The position numbers were made by a program, and so were the translations under genes. The notes under the pieces were generated by a model. The model saw only the letters and a list, made by a program, of their open reading frames with translations, ran no database searches and was not told where the DNA came from. Source: Alphaproteobacteria bacterium (GTDB lineage: Bacteria > Pseudomonadota > Alphaproteobacteria > UBA828). Taken from it: a stretch of 64,000 nucleotides of DNA. Shown one piece after another: positions 29,106-40,785 of this stretch (its first letter is position 1; every line of letters begins with the position of its first letter). The DNA lies in the NCBI GenBank assembly GCA_965214705.1, contig OZ243972.1, positions 96,001 to 160,000 of the forward strand, given 5' to 3'.

Positions 29106-29182
<77 letters not shown>

Positions 29183-29433
29183 TCCTACCGTCACCTTCTC
29201 CATGCTGCCGCTGGCGCCGTGCGCTCGATGACGCGGCGGCCTCGGCCATCCTGGCGGTCATTGAGGGCGTCGGGCGGGACGACCAGCGGCATCGACGCCG
29301 GCGCTACGCGCGCACGGCCTAGTGAGTGCTTGCCATCCTTCGGCACTCGCACTTGACAACGGTCCCACCACCGCAGCTAGAAGACGGGTTCCCACCACTT
29401 CCACCTGAACGCTGACCCCCAGACCATCTTCAA

Positions 29434-29494
29434 GTGCAACGGCTAGCGCAGGTGCAGGCAGCGCAACCGCGTCGCGTGGCGCCAGCTGTTAGAC
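29434..29494 (+). other. Degenerate attC-like (integron cassette recombination) site
   Basis: GTGCAAC...GTTAGAC ends with an imperfect stem AACGGCTAGCGC/GCGCCAGCTGTT; 61 bp long, 38 bp before a low-GC ORF. Confidence 0.35.
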
Positions 29495-29532
29495 AGACGA
29501 GGGCGGCGGAATGATAAGACAAGGTCACTGGA

Positions 29533-30282
29533 ATGAATCAAGTGCCCCCATCAATCCATGAAACCGCCTTTGACTGCCCTCACTGTGGGGCGTTTGCGCA
29601 GCAGTCTTGGTTTTCGCTCACAGCGAACACAGAATACATTAGAGACAGACTTCCCATTGATGTCAGAGAATATGTTTTTCCTAATGCGGTTAATAATCAG
29701 CCGGCAATTCGCGATGCCGTTTTGGAGGGGTTTCCCGCTCTAAATCCTGTACGGAGCCAACCGGCATCTGCAACATTGTATTGTGTGTTTATTTCTAGTT
29801 GTTTTCGTTGCAAGAAAGTCGCAATTTGGATAGGCGACAACCTGATCTATCCGCAGAGCCGTGTGGCTCCTCCTGCAAACCCTGACCTCACAGGTGAAAT
29901 CCGTGAAGACTACGACGAAGCCAGTAGTATTTTGGATTTATCACCTAGAGGGGCGGCGGCACTTCTTCGACTCTCTATTCAAAAACTCTGTAAAGAACTC
30001 GGGCAGCCAGGAAATAACATTAACGACGACATCGCGGCGCTGGTTTCAGCGGGTTTGAGCCAACAGATCCAGCGGGCCCTGGATACGGTACGAGTCATCG
30101 GAAACAATGCCGTCCATCCGGGTCAGATTGATCTTCGCGATGATAGGGCAACTGCGCTCAGTTTGTTCACATTTGTTAACCTGATCGTAGACAAGATGAT
30201 ATCCGAGCCTAAGCGTGTCGCAGAAGCTTATAATAACTTGCCTGAAAGTGCGCGAGACGCAATCAAGGAACGTGATGCGTGA
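29533..30282 (+). CDS. DUF4145 (HEPN-like) protein with N-terminal Zn-ribbon cysteines; low-GC, probably acquired
   Basis: CPHCG and CFRCKK; DYDEASSILDLSPRGAAALLRL; RVIGNNAVHP (R-x6-H). Visibly AT-richer than its flanks. Confidence 0.8.
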   Translation: MNQVPPSIHETAFDCPHCGAFAQQSWFSLTANTEYIRDRLPIDVREYVFPNAVNNQPAIRDAVLEGFPALNPVRSQPASATLYCVFISSCFRCKKVAIWIGDNLIYPQSRVAPPANPDLTGEIREDYDEASSILDLSPRGAAALLRLSIQKLCKELGQPGNNINDDIAALVSAGLSQQIQRALDTVRVIGNNAVHPGQIDLRDDRATALSLFTFVNLIVDKMISEPKRVAEAYNNLPESARDAIKERDA

Positions 30283-30473
30283 TGGTTCGGGGTCCCCTTT
30301 CTTCGCGCATGTGTATGGGCCGCCGAGGGCCGGGCTGTGTATTGCTGCGCCGGTTGGCGTTGCGTTTGATGCTGTAACGCCAGACTCCTAGTGTCCTGTT
30401 CGAAAATTTCTGTTCATATGTACGGTAACCTCAACCCGTCATGGCCGGGTATGACGGCGTATGGAAGGAGGCC

Positions 30474-30971
30474 CTACGTCGTTTGGCCGATCTCGTCGAG
30501 GCGCTCTTGCAGCGCGAGCCGGCCGATGCTGGTGAGCGGCAGGCTGGTGAAGATCGAGATGCGCGCATAGAGCATTCGGTGGGTCTCAGAGAACGCGTAG
30601 CGGATCTCCGCGTCCGTGCCGCCTGCCGCGGCGGGGTCGGGCACGCCCCAGTGAGCACTCATCGGCTGGCCGGGCCAGACGGGGCAGACCTCGGCGGCGG
30701 CGTTGTCGCAGACCGTGAAGACGAAATCCAGGTGCGCCGCGTCCGGGCCCGCAAACTCGTCCCAGCTCTTCGACCGCGCCCAGTCGGTCCCGTAATTCAG
30801 GTTCTTGAGCAGGTCAAGCGCGAAGGCGTGCACGGCGCCCGTGGGCCGGGAGCCGGCGGAAGCGGCCTTGAAGCGGCCCTGGCCCACCCGGTTCAGAATC
30901 GCCTCCGCCAGGATCGAGCGGGCGGAGTTGCCGGTACAGAGAAACAGCACGTTGTAGACCCGGTCGGACAT
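30474..30971 (-). CDS. arsC: Arsenate reductase, LMW-PTP family
   Basis: FLCTGNSARSILAE, FTVCDNAA and HWGVPDP motifs; ATG at 30971. Confidence 0.88.
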   Translation of the reverse strand: MSDRVYNVLFLCTGNSARSILAEAILNRVGQGRFKAASAGSRPTGAVHAFALDLLKNLNYGTDWARSKSWDEFAGPDAAHLDFVFTVCDNAAAEVCPVWPGQPMSAHWGVPDPAAAGGTDAEIRYAFSETHRMLYARISIFTSLPLTSIGRLALQERLDEIGQTT

Positions 30972-31124
30972 GTCTTCCCCCTGGCTCAAGGCCGCCCGCG
31001 GCGCGCGCAAGCCACGCAGTCTGCGCCACGCTGCAGCAAGACTGCCCCATTCGTGTGACGGTTCGATGAACCTTCCGAGACGTGCCCGCACGGAGGTGGC
31101 GTTTCGCGCCCGCGTGCGTTAGCG

Positions 31125-31312
31125 TGGGCCGGTCACGCAGCGTGGGAAGCCGGTGACGCCTGCCCTCAGTGAGGCGCGGGCCAGTCCGGCGCTGCCCCCG
31201 CAACTGTAAGCGGCGAGACGGACCCCGTGCGCAATTGCGCGGGCCACTGATCCGCAAGGATCGGGAAGGCCGGGCCCCGTCGACGACCCCGAGCCAGGAG
31301 ACCGGCTGCGCG
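31125..31312 (+). ncRNA. Cobalamin riboswitch
   Basis: GGGAAgccGGTG..AgTCCggcgCTGCCCCCGCAACTGTAA..GCCACTG..GGGAAGG..GAGCCAGGAGACCGGC (B12 box) directly upstream of the cob operon. Confidence 0.93.
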
Positions 31313-31343
31313 GCAGGGCTGCAACGTCCTCGGAGGGAGGATC

Positions 31344-31883
31344 ATGGCGGGTCTCGATCAGGCGCCTCCCCCGGCGCGCATCACCCTCGTTCTCGGCGGC
31401 GCCCGCTCGGGCAAGAGCGCCCATGCGGAGGCGCTGCTGGACGACTGCGCGGGCCCCCGGCTCTACATCGCCACCGCGGAAGCGCGCGATGCCGAGATGG
31501 AGGCGCGGATCGCGGCGCACCGCGCCCGGCGCGGGCCCGGCTGGCGCACGGTCGAGGCGCCGCTCGCGCTGGCAGAGACGCTGGAGGCCGAGAGCCGCCC
31601 CGGCTCGGCCCTGCTGGTGGACTGCCTCACCCTCTGGCTCAGCAACATCATGGAGGCCGGCCGCGACATCGCCGCCGAGACCCAGCGCCTCGTCGCCTGC
31701 CTCGGCCGGCTGGAGGGGCGCACGGTGCTGGTCTCCAACGAGGTGGGCCTCGGCATCGTGCCGGAGAACGCGGCGGCCCGCGCCTTCCGCGACCACGCCG
31801 GGCGGCTCAACCAGGCCGTGGCCCATGCCGCCGGGCGGGTGGTCTTCGTCGCCGCCGGCCTGCCCATGACGCTGAAGCCGTGA
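31344..31883 (+). CDS. cobU: Adenosylcobinamide kinase / phosphate guanylyltransferase (CobU/CobP)
   Basis: GGARSGKS, DCLTLWLSN and VSNEVGLGIVP motifs. Confidence 0.93.
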   Translation: MAGLDQAPPPARITLVLGGARSGKSAHAEALLDDCAGPRLYIATAEARDAEMEARIAAHRARRGPGWRTVEAPLALAETLEAESRPGSALLVDCLTLWLSNIMEAGRDIAAETQRLVACLGRLEGRTVLVSNEVGLGIVPENAAARAFRDHAGRLNQAVAHAAGRVVFVAAGLPMTLKP

Positions 31884-31890
31884 GAGCGTC

Positions 31891-32808
31891 GTGAGCGCCC
31901 CCCGCATCGCCTCGCTGGTGCCGAGCGCGACCGAGATCGTCGCGGCGCTGGGCTGTGCCGAGAGCATCGTCGCCCGCAGCCACGAGTGCGACTGGCCGCC
32001 GCAGGTCGCGCAGGCGCCCGCCTGCACCCGCGCGCGCATCGACGCGTGCCAGCCGAGCGGCGCGATCCACGAGGAGGTGGGCAAGCTGCTCGCCGCGGCG
32101 CTCAGCCTCTACGACCTCGACACCGAGGTGCTGCGTGCTGCGCGGCCGAGCCACATCGTCACGCAAGACCAGTGCGACGTCTGCGCCGTGGGGCTCTCCG
32201 AGGTCGAGGCCGCAGCCGCAGAGTTCCTGGAGGCGCCGGTGCAGATCGTCTCGCTCGCGCCGATGCGCCTCGGCGACGTGTGGGACGACATCGGCCGGGT
32301 CGGCGACGCCCTCGGGGTCGATGCGGCGCCGGCCCGCGAGGGCTTGCTTGCGCGCGTGGCGGCGATCGCCGAGCGCGCCAAGACGCTTCCGCCCAAGCGC
32401 GTCCTTACGGTCGAGTGGAGCGACCCGCCGATGACCGCCGGCAACTGGGTGCCGGAGCTGGTCGCGCTCGCGGGCGGGATCGACACCCTGGGCGCGGACG
32501 GCAGCCACTCGCCGCACATCACCGTCGACGCGGTGGCCGCAGCCGACCCCGACGCCATCGTGCTCATGCCCTGCGGCTACGACCTGCCGCGCACGGTGGA
32601 CGACGGCCGCGCCCTGCTCGCCGACCCCGCCTGGGGCGGCTTGCGCGCAGCACAGGCCGGCGCGGTCTACGCCACCGACGGCAACGCCTACTTCAACCGG
32701 CCGGGGCCACGGCTGGTCGAATCCCTCGAAATCCTGGCCGAAAACATCCACCCGGCGCACTTCGGCTTCGGCCACGAGGGCGCCGGGTGGTGCCGCCTAG
32801 ACGCGTGA
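31891..32808 (+). CDS. BtuF-like cobalamin-binding protein
   Basis: RIASLVPSATEIV, SHECDWP, VTQDQCDVC and YFNRPGPRL motifs. Confidence 0.75.
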   Translation: MSAPRIASLVPSATEIVAALGCAESIVARSHECDWPPQVAQAPACTRARIDACQPSGAIHEEVGKLLAAALSLYDLDTEVLRAARPSHIVTQDQCDVCAVGLSEVEAAAAEFLEAPVQIVSLAPMRLGDVWDDIGRVGDALGVDAAPAREGLLARVAAIAERAKTLPPKRVLTVEWSDPPMTAGNWVPELVALAGGIDTLGADGSHSPHITVDAVAAADPDAIVLMPCGYDLPRTVDDGRALLADPAWGGLRAAQAGAVYATDGNAYFNRPGPRLVESLEILAENIHPAHFGFGHEGAGWCRLDA

Positions 32809-32814
32809 GGAACG

Positions 32815-33849
32815 ATGCAGGACCAGAAGATACCCGCGACCGTGATCACCGGCTTCCTCGGCGCCGGCAAGACCAGTCTCATCCGCCACGCGCTCGGCGA
32901 AGCGAACGGGCGCCGCATCGCGCTCATCATCAACGAGTTCGGCGATCTCGGCATCGACCAGGAGGTGCTGGAGGGATGCGGCGACGAGGCCTGCGACGAA
33001 GTCGATATCGTCGAGCTTGCCAACGGCTGCATCTGCTGCACCGTGGCCGACGACTTCGCGCCGGCGATCGAGGCGCTGCTCGCTCGTGAGCCCGCGCCCG
33101 AGCACATCCTGATCGAGACCTCGGGCCTCGCGCTGCCCAAGCCGCTCGTCGCCGCCTTCAACTGGCCCGAGATCCGCACCCGGCTCACGGTGGACGGCGT
33201 GGTCGCGGTGGTGGACGGCCCGGCGCTGGCGGACGGCCGCTTCGCCGACGACGAGGACGCGCTGCAGGCCCAGCGGGAGGCCGACGATGCCCTCGATCAT
33301 GAATCGCCGCTGGCCGAGGTGTTCGAGGACCAGATCGGCTGCGCCGACATGGTGATCCTCAACAAGGCCGACCTGCTGGCCGCGAACGGCGCCGCGCAAG
33401 GCAAGGCACGCATGGAGCCGCACCTCCGGCCCGGCGCGCGCGTGGTCGAGGCGGCGCACGGTCGCGTGCCGCCGGACCTGCTGTTGGGCCTCGATGCCGC
33501 GGCGGAAGACGATCTCGCCAGCCGCCGCTCGCACCATGACGGCCTCGACGAGCCCCACGACCACGACGAGTTCGAGAGCTTCGTGATGGCGCTCGGCACC
33601 ATCGACGACCCCGCCGCCTTCGCGGCCGGGCTCAGCATCGCCGCGGATGCTTACGGCCTGCTGCGCGCCAAGGGCTTCCTCGACGTTGCGGGCAAGCGGC
33701 GGCGGCTGGTGGTGCAGGCGGTCGGCACCCGCGTGGACCGCCATTTCGACCGCGACTGGCGCCCGGACGAGGCACGCGAGGGCCGCCTGGTGGTGATCGG
33801 CCTCGCGCCGCTCGACCGGGCGGCCGTCGAAGCCGCGATCCGCGGCTAA
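32815..33849 (+). CDS. cobW: Cobalamin biosynthesis GTPase
   Basis: TGFLGAGKT, NGCICCTV, ETSGLA and a His-rich insert. Confidence 0.93.
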   Translation: MQDQKIPATVITGFLGAGKTSLIRHALGEANGRRIALIINEFGDLGIDQEVLEGCGDEACDEVDIVELANGCICCTVADDFAPAIEALLAREPAPEHILIETSGLALPKPLVAAFNWPEIRTRLTVDGVVAVVDGPALADGRFADDEDALQAQREADDALDHESPLAEVFEDQIGCADMVILNKADLLAANGAAQGKARMEPHLRPGARVVEAAHGRVPPDLLLGLDAAAEDDLASRRSHHDGLDEPHDHDEFESFVMALGTIDDPAAFAAGLSIAADAYGLLRAKGFLDVAGKRRRLVVQAVGTRVDRHFDRDWRPDEAREGRLVVIGLAPLDRAAVEAAIRG

Positions 33850-33863
33850 GGGGAGCCCCGGCC

Positions 33864-36800
33864 TTGCACCTGCTCGCGGCGCAGCCCGGCGCCATCGAGG
33901 ATGGCGGGGAGGCGGTGGACCTCGGCCAGTCGCCGGGAGACATCGTGCTGCTGTCCGCCGCCGATACCGAGCTCGCCTGCTTCGCCCAGGCGCAGACGAG
34001 GCTGGGCGCGGGCGCGCCGACGCTTCGCCTCGCCAACCTGATACAGCTCGGCCACAACCTTTCGGTCGACCGCTACGCCGACCACGTGATCGCGGGCGCG
34101 CGCCTCGTGATCGTGCGGCTTCTCGGCGGCGAGAGCTACTGGCCCTACGGCGTCGAGCGACTGACCGCCGTCTGTACCGAGCGCGGCATCCCCGTCGCCT
34201 GGCTGCCGGGAGACGACAAGCCGGACGCCGGGCTCGCCACCCGCAGCACGCTCGCGGCCGACGCGGCGGAGACGCTCTGGCGCTACTGCACCCAGGGCGG
34301 CATAGACAATGCCGCGGACGCGCTGCGCTACGCCGCCACGCTGATCGGCCACGAGGCGGCGTGGCGCCCGCCCCGGCCGGTGCCCCGCGCGGGCCTCTAC
34401 TGGCCGGGCGAAGGCATCCTCGCCCTCGAAGACGTCATGGCCCGCTGGCGCGCCGGCAGGCCCCGCGCGGCCGTGGTCTTCTATCGGGCGCTGTTGCAGG
34501 CCGGCTCGCTCGCACCCGTGGATGCGCTGGTGGCGGCGCTGCGGGAGGAAGGGCTCGACCCGCTGCCCGTCTTCGTCACCAGCCTGCGCGATGCGCCGGC
34601 GGCGGAGCTGATCGGCACGCTCATGCGCACGACCCAGCCCGATATCGTCCTCAACGCCACGGGCTTCGCGGTCTCCCGGCCCGGTGCGCCGCAGGAGACG
34701 CCCTTCGCCGAAGCCGGCGTGCCGGTGCTGCAGGCGATTTTTGCGGGCGCCACCGAGCGGCAGTGGGCCGAGGCCACGCGCGGCCTCTCGCCCCGCGACA
34801 TCGCCATGAACGTGGCCCTGCCCGAGGTGGACGGGCGCATCTTGACCCGCGCGGTCGCCTTCAAGACCGAGGCCCGCTTCGACGAGGCCACGCAGGCGCC
34901 CATCGTGGTGTCGGAGGCGAACGAGGACCGCTGCCGTTTCGTGGCCGCCCTTACTGCCGCCTGGGTGCGTCTCGCGCGCACGGCACCGGCGGAGCGCCGC
35001 ATCGCCCTGGTGCTCGCCAACTACCCCAACCGCGACGGGCGCATCGGCAACGGCGTCGGCCTCGACACGCCGGCGAGCACGGTACGGATCATGCAGGCTC
35101 TCGCCGATGCCGGCTACCGGCTGGAGAACCCGCCAACGGACGGCGCCGCGCTGATGGCGAGGCTCCAGGCCGGCCCCACCAATGCTGCCGACGCAGCATC
35201 ACGCCCGGCCGAGGCCACACTCTCCCTCGCCGATTACGCCCGCTTCTTCGCCGCCCTGCCTGAACCCGTGCAGGCAACCGTCTCCGAGCGCTGGGGCGCG
35301 CCGGAGGACGACCCCTTCTTCCGTCCGGCCGAAGAGAGCTTCGCGCTTTCTGTCGTCCGCTTCGGCAATGTCGTGGTCGCGGTCCAGCCGGCGCGCGGCT
35401 ACAACATCGACCCCGAGAAAAGCTACCACGACCCCGACCTGCCGCCGCCGCACGGCTACCTCGCCTTCTACGCCTGGCTGCGCATGGGCCTCGACGCCCA
35501 CGCGGTGGTCCACGTGGGCAAGCATGGCAACGTGGAATGGCTGCCGGGCAAGGCGTTGGCGCTCTCCGCCGAGTGCTTCCCGGAGGCCGCGCTCGGGTCG
35601 CTCCCGCACGTCTATCCCTTCATCGTGAACGACCCCGGCGAAGGCAGCCAGGCCAAGCGGCGCGCCGCCGCCGTCATCGTCGATCACCTGACGCCGCCGC
35701 TCACCCGCGCCGGCAGCCACGGCGCGCTGGAGGAGCTGGAGCGGCTGGTCGACGAGTTCTTCGACGCCGCATCGGTCGATCCGCGCCGGTGTGTGCCGCT
35801 CAGCGCGCGCATCCTGGAGCTTGCCGCGTCTGCCGGGCTCGACCAGGATTGCGGCATCCAGGCCACCGACGGCAGCGACGACGCGCTCCGCAAGCTCGAT
35901 GGCTATCTCTGCGAAATCAAGGAGATGCAGATCCGCGACGGGCTCCATGTCTTCGGCGAGGCGCCGGCGCCCGAGCGCCGCATCGAGCTGCTGCGGGCCA
36001 TGGCGCGGAGCGTGCGCGGCCCCGGCGCCGGCGAGGCTTCGTTGCTGCGCGCGCTCGCCGACGATCTCGCCCTCGGCATCGATCCCCTCTCTGCCCCGCT
36101 TGGCGCGCCCTGGCAGGGCCCCCGGCCCGCAGCGCTCGCCAACGGCGCGTCCTGGCGCAGCACCGGGGACACGGTGGAGCGGCTGGAGACCCTCGCCGCC
36201 AGCCTGATCGCCGGCACGTACCGTTTGCCCGCGGAATGGGCTGCCAGTGCCGCCGTGCTGCACGAAGTCGCCGAGACCATCGGCCCTGCGCTCGACGCCA
36301 GCGCGGACGCCGAGACCGCCGGACTGCTCGCGGCCCTCGACGGCCGCTTCGTCGCACCGGGCGCTGCCGGCGCGCCCACGCGCGGCCGGCCGGACGTGCT
36401 GCCCACGGGCCGGAACTTCTACTCGGTGGACACGCGCCAGGTGCCCACCGCCGCCGCCTGGCAGCTCGGCTGGCAATCGGCGCAGCTTCTGGTCGAGCAC
36501 TACGCCCAGACCCACGGCGACTGGCCGCACGCGATGGCGCTCAGCGCCTGGGGCACGTCCAACATGCGGACGGGCGGGGACGACATCGCCCAGGCGCTCG
36601 CGCTGATTGGCGCGCGACCCCGCTGGGAGGGGCCGTCCGGCCGCGTCACCGGCTTCGAGATCATGCCGCTCGGCCTGCTCGACCGGCCGCGCGTGGACGT
36701 AACGCTCCGGGTCTCGGGCTTCTTCCGCGATGCCTTCCCCGGCCTGATCGACCTCTTCGACTCGGCCGTGCGCGCGGTCGCCGCGCTCGACGAGGAACCG

Positions 36801-37604
36801 GACGACAACCCGCTCGCCGCCAAGGTCGCCGCCGACGCCGCAACGCTCGCCGGCAACGGCACATCCCAGGAGCGCGCCCGGCGCCTCGCCTCCTACCGGG
36901 TCTTCGGCTCGAAGCCAGGCGCCTACGGTGCCGGCCTGCAGGCGCTGATCGACGAGCGCGGCTGGGCCGACGCGAGCGATTTCGCCGCCGCCTACGTCGC
37001 CTGGGGCGGCTGGGCCTACGGCGCGGGCGAAGGGGGTGCTGCCGAGCACAAGCTCTTCGAGCGCCGGCTCGGTGCGGTCGAGGCGGTGGTGCAGAACCAG
37101 GACAACCGCGAGCACGACCTCTTGGACAGCGACGACTACTACCAGTTCGAGGGCGGCCTCGCGGCGGCGGTGACGGTCCACGCCGGCCGCGCGCCCGCGC
37201 TCTACCACAACGACCATTCGGTGCCCGACACCCCGCGCATCCGCACGCTGGCCGACGAGCTCGGCCGCGTGGTCCGCGCGCGGGTGACCAACCCCAAGTG
37301 GATCCAGGGCGTCATGCGCCACGGCTACAAGGGCGCGTTCGAGATCGCGGCGACGGTGGACTACCTCTTCGCCTTCGCCGCCACCACCGGCGTGGTGAAG
37401 GACCACCACTTCGACGCGGTGTTCGACGCCTACGTGGCGGACGACGATGTGCGGGACTTCATGGCCGACGCCAACCCGGCGGCGCTGCGCGAGCTCGCCG
37501 AGCGGCTGCTGGAGGCGCAGGAGCGGAGCCTCTGGCGGCCCCGCGCGAACCACGCCCACGCGCTGCTCGCGGCACTACGCGACGGCAGGCAGGAGGCGCT
37601 CTGA
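33864..37604 (+). CDS. cobN: Cobaltochelatase large subunit
   Basis: 1246 aa; [22 protein letters not shown] and NPKWIQG motifs. Confidence 0.95.
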   Translation: MHLLAAQPGAIEDGGEAVDLGQSPGDIVLLSAADTELACFAQAQTRLGAGAPTLRLANLIQLGHNLSVDRYADHVIAGARLVIVRLLGGESYWPYGVERLTAVCTERGIPVAWLPGDDKPDAGLATRSTLAADAAETLWRYCTQGGIDNAADALRYAATLIGHEAAWRPPRPVPRAGLYWPGEGILALEDVMARWRAGRPRAAVVFYRALLQAGSLAPVDALVAALREEGLDPLPVFVTSLRDAPAAELIGTLMRTTQPDIVLNATGFAVSRPGAPQETPFAEAGVPVLQAIFAGATERQWAEATRGLSPRDIAMNVALPEVDGRILTRAVAFKTEARFDEATQAPIVVSEANEDRCRFVAALTAAWVRLARTAPAERRIALVLANYPNRDGRIGNGVGLDTPASTVRIMQALADAGYRLENPPTDGAALMARLQAGPTNAADAASRPAEATLSLADYARFFAALPEPVQATVSERWGAPEDDPFFRPAEESFALSVVRFGNVVVAVQPARGYNIDPEKSYHDPDLPPPHGYLAFYAWLRMGLDAHAVVHVGKHGNVEWLPGKALALSAECFPEAALGSLPHVYPFIVNDPGEGSQAKRRAAAVIVDHLTPPLTRAGSHGALEELERLVDEFFDAASVDPRRCVPLSARILELAASAGLDQDCGIQATDGSDDALRKLDGYLCEIKEMQIRDGLHVFGEAPAPERRIELLRAMARSVRGPGAGEASLLRALADDLALGIDPLSAPLGAPWQGPRPAALANGASWRSTGDTVERLETLAASLIAGTYRLPAEWAASAAVLHEVAETIGPALDASADAETAGLLAALDGRFVAPGAAGAPTRGRPDVLPTGRNFYSVDTRQVPTAAAWQLGWQSAQLLVEHYAQTHGDWPHAMALSAWGTSNMRTGGDDIAQALALIGARPRWEGPSGRVTGFEIMPLGLLDRPRVDVTLRVSGFFRDAFPGLIDLFDSAVRAVAALDEEPDDNPLAAKVAADAATLAGNGTSQERARRLASYRVFGSKPGAYGAGLQALIDERGWADASDFAAAYVAWGGWAYGAGEGGAAEHKLFERRLGAVEAVVQNQDNREHDLLDSDDYYQFEGGLAAAVTVHAGRAPALYHNDHSVPDTPRIRTLADELGRVVRARVTNPKWIQGVMRHGYKGAFEIAATVDYLFAFAATTGVVKDHHFDAVFDAYVADDDVRDFMADANPAALRELAERLLEAQERSLWRPRANHAHALLAALRDGRQEAL

Positions 37605-38227
37605 TGGCGCGCAAGACCGAGACCGAGGCCGAGCTCGACCAGCGCCATGCCGAGAAGATGCGCAAGCGCAAGGCCGCGCGCGAGCGCATGCTGGCCACCA
37701 AGACCATCGAGAAGGGCCTGCTCATCGTCCACACCGGCAAGGGCAAGGGCAAGTCCACCGCCGCCTTCGGCCTCGCGGCCCGCGCCATCGGCAACGGCAT
37801 GAAGGTGGGCATCGTGCAGTTCGTGAAGGGCAAGTGGGCGACCGGCGAGCGCGCGGTGCTGGAGCGCTTCCCCGACCTCGTCACCGTGCGCGTGATGGGC
37901 GAGGGCTTCACCTGGGACACGCAGGACCGCCAGCGCGACCTCGCCGCCGCGCGCAACGCGTGGGAGGCGGCCAAGGAGTTCCTGGCCGACCCCTCCTACC
38001 GTCTCGTGGTGCTCGACGAGCTCAACATCGTGCTGCGCTACGACTACCTCGACCTCGACGACGTGCTCGCAGGGCTCGCCGCGCGCAATCCCGGCCAGCA
38101 CGTCGTGGTCACCGGCCGCAACGCCAAGCCCGCGCTGATCGAGATGGCCGACCTCGTGACCGAGATGACCGAGATCAAGCATCCCTTCCGCGCCGGCGTG
38201 AAGGCGCAGGTGGGCATCGAGTTCTGA
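37604..38227 (+). CDS. cobO: Cob(I)yrinic acid a,c-diamide adenosyltransferase
   Basis: [19 protein letters not shown] and VTGRNA motifs; TGATG overlap with cobN. Confidence 0.95.
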   Translation: MARKTETEAELDQRHAEKMRKRKAARERMLATKTIEKGLLIVHTGKGKGKSTAAFGLAARAIGNGMKVGIVQFVKGKWATGERAVLERFPDLVTVRVMGEGFTWDTQDRQRDLAAARNAWEAAKEFLADPSYRLVVLDELNIVLRYDYLDLDDVLAGLAARNPGQHVVVTGRNAKPALIEMADLVTEMTEIKHPFRAGVKAQVGIEF

Positions 38228-39723
38228 TGGCACGCGCCGCCTCACAGGGCCCCCCGGCCCTGATGTTTCAGGGCACCGGCTCCAACGTCGGCAAGTCCCT
38301 GCTGGTGGCAGGCCTCTGCCGCGCCTATGCCGCGCGCGGGCTTCGCGTGCGCCCCTTCAAGCCGCAGAACATGTCCAACAACGCCGCGGTCGCGGGCGAC
38401 GGGCGCGAGATCGGCCGCGCCCAGGCGCTGCAGGCCCGCGCCGCCGGCATCGAGCCTTGCGCCGACATGAACCCCGTGCTGCTCAAGCCCGAGAGCGAGC
38501 ACGGCGCTCAGGTGGTGGTGCAGGGCAGCGTGACCGGCACCGCCGACGCGCGCGGCTACCACGCGCTCAAGGCCGAGCTGATGCCGCCCGTGCTGGAGAG
38601 TTTCGGACGCCTAGGCCAGGACGCCGACCTGATCCTGGTGGAAGGCGCGGGCAGCCCGGCCGAGGTCAACCTGCGCGAGAACGACATCGCCAACATGGGT
38701 TTCGCCCTGGCAGCGGGCGTGCCGGTCGCGCTGGTGGGCGATGTGGACCGGGGCGGCGTGATCGCGAGCCTGGTCGGCACCTGGGCGCTGCTGCCGGCGC
38801 CCGAGCGCGCGCTGACCAGGGGCTTCGTCATCAACAAGTTCCGGGGCGATGCCACGCTCTTCGACGACGCCAACGCGATCATTGAGCGGAAGACCGGGTG
38901 GGCCGCATTGGGTCTCGTGCCCTGGTTCGACGGCGCCCGGCTGCTGCCGGCTGAGGACAGCGTCAGCCTCGATTCCACGCCGGCCATAGCCGCAGCCGCC
39001 TCCGGCCGCGCCATCAAGATCGCCGTGCCCCGCCTGCCGCGAATCTCCAACACCGACGATCTCGACCCGCTCCGCGCCGAGCCCGATACGGTGCTCGACA
39101 TCGTGCCGCCGGGTCGCGCGCTGCCGGGAGATGCCGACCTCGTGCTGCTGCCGGGCAGCAAGGCGACCCGCAGCGACCTGGAGGCGCTTCGCGCCGAGGG
39201 CTGGGCGCTCGACATCGCCGCGCACGTGCGGCGCGGCGGCTGGGTGGTGGGCCTCTGCGGCGGCTACCAGATGCTGGGCCAGCGCGTCGCAGATCCCGCC
39301 GGCATCGAAGGGCCGCCCGGCGAGACGCCGGGTCTCGGCCTGCTCGATGTCGAGACGGTGATGAGCGCGGCCAAGCGCCTCGTCCGTGCCTCCGGCCATG
39401 CCAGCGATGGCGGCGAGGCGGTCGCGGGCTACGAGATGCACATGGGGGAGACCACGGGGCCCGACACCGCGCGCCCGCTGGTCCGCCTGGAAAGCGGCCC
39501 CGACGGCGCGCGGGCGGCAAACGGCCGGGTCATGGGCTGCTACCTGCACGGCCTCTTCGCTGCCGACGGATTTCGGCGCGCCTTCCGCGGCCGGCTGCGG
39601 CGGCGGGAGAGCGCCGGCATCGCCTACGATGCCCTGGTGGAGGAGACCCTGGACTCTCTCGGCGCCCATCTCGAGGCCCATCTCGACCTCGACCGCCTGC
39701 TGGAGCTGGCCCGTGCGCGCTGA
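38227..39723 (+). CDS. cobQ: Cobyric acid synthase
   Basis: [40 protein letters not shown] and YLHG motifs. Confidence 0.95.
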   Translation: MARAASQGPPALMFQGTGSNVGKSLLVAGLCRAYAARGLRVRPFKPQNMSNNAAVAGDGREIGRAQALQARAAGIEPCADMNPVLLKPESEHGAQVVVQGSVTGTADARGYHALKAELMPPVLESFGRLGQDADLILVEGAGSPAEVNLRENDIANMGFALAAGVPVALVGDVDRGGVIASLVGTWALLPAPERALTRGFVINKFRGDATLFDDANAIIERKTGWAALGLVPWFDGARLLPAEDSVSLDSTPAIAAAASGRAIKIAVPRLPRISNTDDLDPLRAEPDTVLDIVPPGRALPGDADLVLLPGSKATRSDLEALRAEGWALDIAAHVRRGGWVVGLCGGYQMLGQRVADPAGIEGPPGETPGLGLLDVETVMSAAKRLVRASGHASDGGEAVAGYEMHMGETTGPDTARPLVRLESGPDGARAANGRVMGCYLHGLFAADGFRRAFRGRLRRRESAGIAYDALVEETLDSLGAHLEAHLDLDRLLELARAR

Positions 39724-39730
39724 CCCTGGG

Positions 39731-40729
39731 CTACGCCGCGCCGAGCGCCATGCTGGCGGCGATGGCGGCGGTCAGCACCGCCACCAGCGCGCACGCCACC
39801 GCGAACACCCGTACCGTGCGCCTGAGATCGGCCGCCGTCGCCTCCTTGCGGCCGTCGCCGAGCCAGGCTTCGTCGGCCGCCGTCTCGCCCTTGTACCGTC
39901 GCGGCCCCAGCAGGGCGAGGCCGAGCGCACCTGCCATCGCGGCTTCGGGCCAGCCGGCGTTGGGCGAGCTGTGCCTGGGCGCGTCGCGCAGCATGGTGCG
40001 CCACGCCCGGCGCGGCGCGGCGCCGGGGACGACGAGCGCGGCGGCTGCCACCAGCCCGCCCGAAATCCGCGCCGGCAGCCAGTTCACCGCATCGTCGAGG
40101 CGCGCCGCCGCACGGCCGAAGGCGTGATGGCGGGGCGAGCGGTGGCCGATCATGCTGTCCATGGTGTTGATGGCCTTGTAGGCGAGCAGCCCCGGCAGGC
40201 CGAGCAGCAGGTACCAGAAGGCCGGTGCCACCACGCCGTCGGAATAGTTCTCGGCGCCACTCTCGATCGCCGCGCGGGCGATGGCGTGCTCGTCGAGGGC
40301 ATGAACCTCGCGGCCGACGATGTGACGCAGCTCGGCCTGCGCCGGCTCCACGCCCGCATCCAGCGCCCGTGCCACCCGCACCATGTGATCGGCCATAGTG
40401 CGCTGCGCGAGCAGGGTCGCGACCAGCGCAAGCTCGGCGAGCCAGCCCCAGGCGAGCATGGCCGCGTTGTGGGCGACGGCCCAGCCGGCGGCGGCGCTCG
40501 CGCCCACCACCAGCAACACCGCGACACCGCCCAGAATCACGCGGGCGCCCTCGCCCAGGCGCTCCCGGTTGAGGGTGCGGTCGAGCAGGCCGGTGAGCCA
40601 GCCCATCAGGCGCACCGGGTGTGGCAGCCAGCGCGGGTCACCGATCAGCGCATCGAGCGCGAGCGCGGCGAGAAGGATGAACGGCACCGCCTGGCCGATG
40701 GGCCAGTCGGGCGCGGCGAAGAGGAGCAT
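39731..40729 (-). CDS. cbiB: Adenosylcobinamide-phosphate synthase (CbiB/CobD)
   Basis: GDPRWLPHPV, ENYSDGVVAP, NTMDSMIGH and SPNAGWPE motifs. Confidence 0.93.
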   Translation of the reverse strand: MLLFAAPDWPIGQAVPFILLAALALDALIGDPRWLPHPVRLMGWLTGLLDRTLNRERLGEGARVILGGVAVLLVVGASAAAGWAVAHNAAMLAWGWLAELALVATLLAQRTMADHMVRVARALDAGVEPAQAELRHIVGREVHALDEHAIARAAIESGAENYSDGVVAPAFWYLLLGLPGLLAYKAINTMDSMIGHRSPRHHAFGRAAARLDDAVNWLPARISGGLVAAAALVVPGAAPRRAWRTMLRDAPRHSSPNAGWPEAAMAGALGLALLGPRRYKGETAADEAWLGDGRKEATAADLRRTVRVFAVACALVAVLTAAIAASMALGAA

Positions 40730-40785
40730 CGGTCCACAATGGAAAGGGCTGGCGTGCCGGTCAATGGACGGAATGGAGCGGGGCG

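Noticed and set aside
29183-29340. Possible gene fragment just after tRNA-Arg
   Set aside because: Too short, with no recognisable motif.
30388-30457. CTAGTGTCCTG.. plus CCGTCATGGCCGGGTATGACGG hairpin as a REP/MITE remnant
   Set aside because: Reminiscent of alphaproteobacterial repeats but single-copy here with no matching second end; it may just be the arsC terminator.
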